Shown piece by piece: positions 20,885-24,280 of a stretch of 24,280 nucleotides of DNA (its first letter is position 1; every line of letters begins with the position of its first letter). The notes under the pieces were generated by a model. The model had not been told where the DNA came from. It saw only the letters and a program-made list of their open reading frames with translations, and searched no databases. The position numbers and the translations under genes were made by a program. The stretch is from Cyanophora paradoxa CCMP329 (Eukaryota; Plantae; Glaucophyta), in contig QPMI01000196.1 in the NCBI GenBank assembly GCA_004431415.1, positions 1-24,280 on the forward strand, in the 5' to 3' direction.

Positions 20885-21808
20885 ACTCCAACTGAAAAGA
20901 ATTATCGATTCCATTCATATCAATCAGTTCACCAAAGTAATCTTTAAACTCCACAGTGAGTTCCCTTATCACCAGGTTTCTGTCATTGATTTGAATAAAT
21001 TCTGCATGTTCACCACTATGGTAAACATAGCCCCCTATATCTTTACTCAATTGCAATCTAAGGATAGCTCCCTGGTTTTGTGGTTGCGATTTTGGAATTA
21101 TATTGTGTCTGCTGGCAAAGGGGGACAGCTCTTTAATATGCATGTACAGATACTGCTCAGCATTCATATCAGACATCTTCCTGCTGTCAAAATAATATTG
21201 CAAGGGCTTAGAGGAGAGTCTGGGTCCTGAGAAGGTGATTCCCCATGCTGGGTGATCAGGTGTAATAGGTTTGCCATCATACTTTTAAAAGGTTCTCAGG
21301 TCGATAGGGAGATCCACCAACAGGAGGAGTGCTATAATACCCAGTGGTGTATTCAGTAGAACTTACACCCAAAAGCTTTCCTATTCTCTGGTTGCTTGCA
21401 ATAAAACGAAACTCATGGTTACTGTAAAAACTCCACTTTATAGGTTGTTGGGTTGTAGAATATCTTGAACTCAAAAGCTACTGTTTTGCCTGCAATAGTT
21501 TGGAAGCTTGAATAGTTCAGCCCATAATTATAAGGGTGTGTGACCCCAAAATGACCCTGATTGATGTAGCCACTGGGAAGGGGATACACTTGTTGTGTGA
21601 TCACTTGGTTATATGAACCATCTTGGTAATTAAACTGAACTGTTAGATGATCAGTTCCCACACTGTTATAGATACTGTTTGGAATCTCTGCATAGAGAAC
21701 CCTACATTCCCTTGGTCTCTCTACTGGAGTTGTGAGGGTGACCCTGTAAGAGTTTTCATTTTGTCCTTGGCTTCTATCCCTGCTATCAATATTAACGAGC
21801 CGGTTCAT
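20874..21808 (-). CDS. Minor capsid (penton) protein, frameshifted
   Basis: MNRLVNIDSRDRS...YAEIPNSIYN, with C-terminus IRELTVEFKDYFGELIDMNGIDNSFQLEF. Confidence 0.85.
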
Positions 21809-21837
21809 TTTAATATATTAATATAGATAAAAGAAGA

Positions 21838-22836
21838 ATGCCTGTGGATTACATCGAGGTTAGCTCATTTAATACAATCTCTGGTGATGGTCCCACATCA
21901 AGCTTTGTGGCTAGACTCCCCAGTAGTTATGAGAATGTGAGGGCTGTGAGACTGGTCTCAGCCGAATTTTATAACAGTATCCCTATGGTGAGTGGTGAAA
22001 CCAAAGCAGGAGATGTGACAGTTGACAATGCATTTAGCATTTATTATTCTGAACAAACTCCTGGAGCTGGAAGCTCAGGAATTCCAACAGTTCGCCCAGC
22101 TGCTGACTATGAACAATGGAAACAATTCATTATAAGTCGAAACACCCCCATCCAAAGCCACCAGCAACTGGTGAATGTAATTAACTCTAAATTCGAAGGC
22201 AGAAATCCCCAACCATCCATTCGCTGCAAATGGATGAATCACTGAAACGAATTATATTCCACTCAGCAGTACCATTTTACTTGGCTTTCTCAGTAGCTGT
22301 GAACCAAGCCAACAAACAATCCAAAAGCTGTTGAGTTCAGCTAGACTGCTGGGTCTTGATCCTGGAAGATATGGTAACTCCCCAATCCAATCACAGTCTT
22401 ATGATGCTCTCACTGATGGATCTTTACTGGTGTCGTCGTGAATGGCATTAATTACTTCTTTTGAGCCTGAGAAGACCAGGGACAGTGTTTTGTTTGAGAG
22501 TAAAGGAGCTGGGTGATTCTGGTGCAATGTGGGGATGGTCTTCTGACTGGTTCTTTCCATAAATAGTGGTCCCTGATAAAGACTATGGTGAGCATGTTGT
22601 TTACAATTCAACAGAGTCATCCACTTTACAAATATATAATAAGGTTGGATTATCCACTTTCTCGGTTGATATTGTAAATGCTATAATGAACCAATTGATT
22701 TTGAGGTCAACCTGTTCATCTGACCTTTGAAATTCGCTATGGTGATGAGCCAGCTGGGGACCCAGTTTATGAATACTTTAAGATGCGAATGTCACAGCTT
22801 CACCCTTCCTATCCAGTTATTACAAACTTCGCATAA
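21838..22836 (+). CDS. Second penton-like protein, frameshifted
   Basis: YIEVSS...TSSFVARLPSSYENVRAVRLVSAEFYNS, SARLLGL, and C-terminus FSVDIVN..NEPIDFE...TFEI. Confidence 0.7.
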
Positions 22837-22888
22837 ATTAGGATCATTGGTAGATTTTTTATGTTGCAGTATAATAAAAGAGAATATA

Positions 22889-24244
22889 ATGGATATCACT
22901 TCCACTCTTCAAAGACTTTCGCTGAAAAAGCCCTAACAACCCCAGAAGAGGCGAAAGCCTTTTTCCTGGATAACTCCTTATGCTTGGTCTCGAATCCAAA
23001 TCTAAGCCAGTTCTAGTTGTTGTGAATCCCAGCAATACTTTTGAGAATAATGTTGGAAATCGCATTTCCTTCAAGCTACCTCGCTACAATTTCTGTGGAA
23101 AACTCGAACTTGCTTTCGACCTTCCAGCCATCACGTTTGCTGGTGATACTGACCTAGTTCGCAATGGATACACTCGCCCAGTTGGTGCTTTAGTTCAGCG
23201 ACTTGAAATTACCTATGGATCTTACACCTACCATATTCCATCTGATTTCCTTGCTCATTTCCCCTGGTCTATTATTCGGAGGATCAACTAGCTAAAAAGA
23301 AGCGATCAATGGGCATGGTTCATGGCATCCCTGCTCATGGAACCAACCGCTTGGTGGCTCATTCTTTGTTGAAATCCCTGTGCCTTGGCTAAATCACTAC
23401 CTTCCCTTGGTGCTTTATCTGGTGAAATGGTTGTTACTGTTTTGGTTAAGGATGCTGGAAAGGGTTATGTTGAAACTTCCTATGGTGGTCGCTCTCTCCT
23501 GTTGTTGGTGGGACAGTTGCTGATAAGACAGAAGATGATGGTCTTGGTGATACTGCTAATGCCACACTGCCCATGTTGGTCAAAATATCACAACTTTCAG
23601 TCTTGGTGCAACAACTCCTGTTTTTCTATTACTTCTCCTCGCCTTTACATGCATGCTATTAATGTTTCTGATGAGCTTTTTCGCTACTGTCATTGAAAAG
23701 TTAAGACAACTGGCATGGCTATTCCTCCCTTGATATTGGATTTGTAGATGCTAGTGCTTTCCCTGCCAAGGGCAATGCCCAACCCAATCGAATTAACCTC
23801 TCTCAAATCTCAGGTCTTGTATATGCTCTGCTTGTTTCAGTTCGTGATCATGAACTGTTGACAAATCCAATGGCTCCCAGTGTTCTTAAGACCTATGCCA
23901 ACTCCAAAGACATCACATTCACAACTGAAATAAATGGTCAGCGACTTTTTGCCACTGAGCCAATTTCCCTACTCAAAGGTGCTGAGCTAATTGCTGATGC
24001 CTTCAAATGCTCTAACATGGATAAGGTTGCTGATCGCTATGTCCTCTTCAGGACCCATTCTGTTGATGGAGAAAAGGCAATTCGAAATATTGCCCAGTCT
24101 GGTTATGTTGATTTAACAAATTCCTCTTCTTCCTTCCTCACCCTCTACATGCCTCAGATAAGGTAATCGATGTTTAATGTTCGCGCTCTCATGCATTCGT
24201 TTATAATTTTGGACAAGGATGGTTTAAGGCGTATAAATTTGTAG
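22889..24244 (+). CDS. Major capsid protein (double jelly-roll type), frameshifted
   Basis: GNRISFKLPRYNFCGKLEL, INVSDE, LSQISGLVYALLVSV and SGYVDLTNSSSSFLTL, colinear with MCP 3515-4728. Confidence 0.8.
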
Positions 24245-24280
24245 ATTGTTACGATATTCAGTCACCATGCATTATTTTTA

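Larger units (their letters stand above)
9997..24280. mobile_element. Element 2: larger Polinton-like virus/virophage-like element, truncated by the window end
   Basis: Abrupt GC-to-AT shift at about 10,000. Dense intronless genes including an MCP, two pentons, fibres and a lipase. Confidence 0.8.

Overview
This looks like eukaryotic DNA carrying two related endogenous double-jelly-roll viral elements (Polinton-like virus/virophage class), separated by about 3 kb of GC- and CpG-rich, repeat-rich, host-like DNA that contains two small CACTA/CMC-like TIR elements with 3-bp TSDs. Element 1 (about 1-7,000) is compact: penton (IDSRDR motif), major capsid protein, A32/FtsK-type packaging ATPase, a RING-finger gene, three hypothetical genes and a 22-bp tandem array, with no visible polymerase or integrase. 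Element 2 (about 10,000 to beyond the window end) starts at a 73-bp hairpin and about 1 kb of structured non-coding repeats. It then carries AdoMetDC, a DUF723-like Zn-ribbon protein, two tandem pairs of fibre-like paralogs (one gene ending in a peptidase S74 chaperone), a patatin-discoidin fusion, two divergent pentons and an MCP homologous to that of element 1. The two elements share a ~30-bp quasi-palindromic repeat and a TAGTAA motif upstream of start codons, but differ sharply in CpG content. Almost every long gene is broken by 1-2 nt indels, most likely long-read error, so gene extents were reconstructed by eye across frames and family calls come from motif recognition, not database searches.
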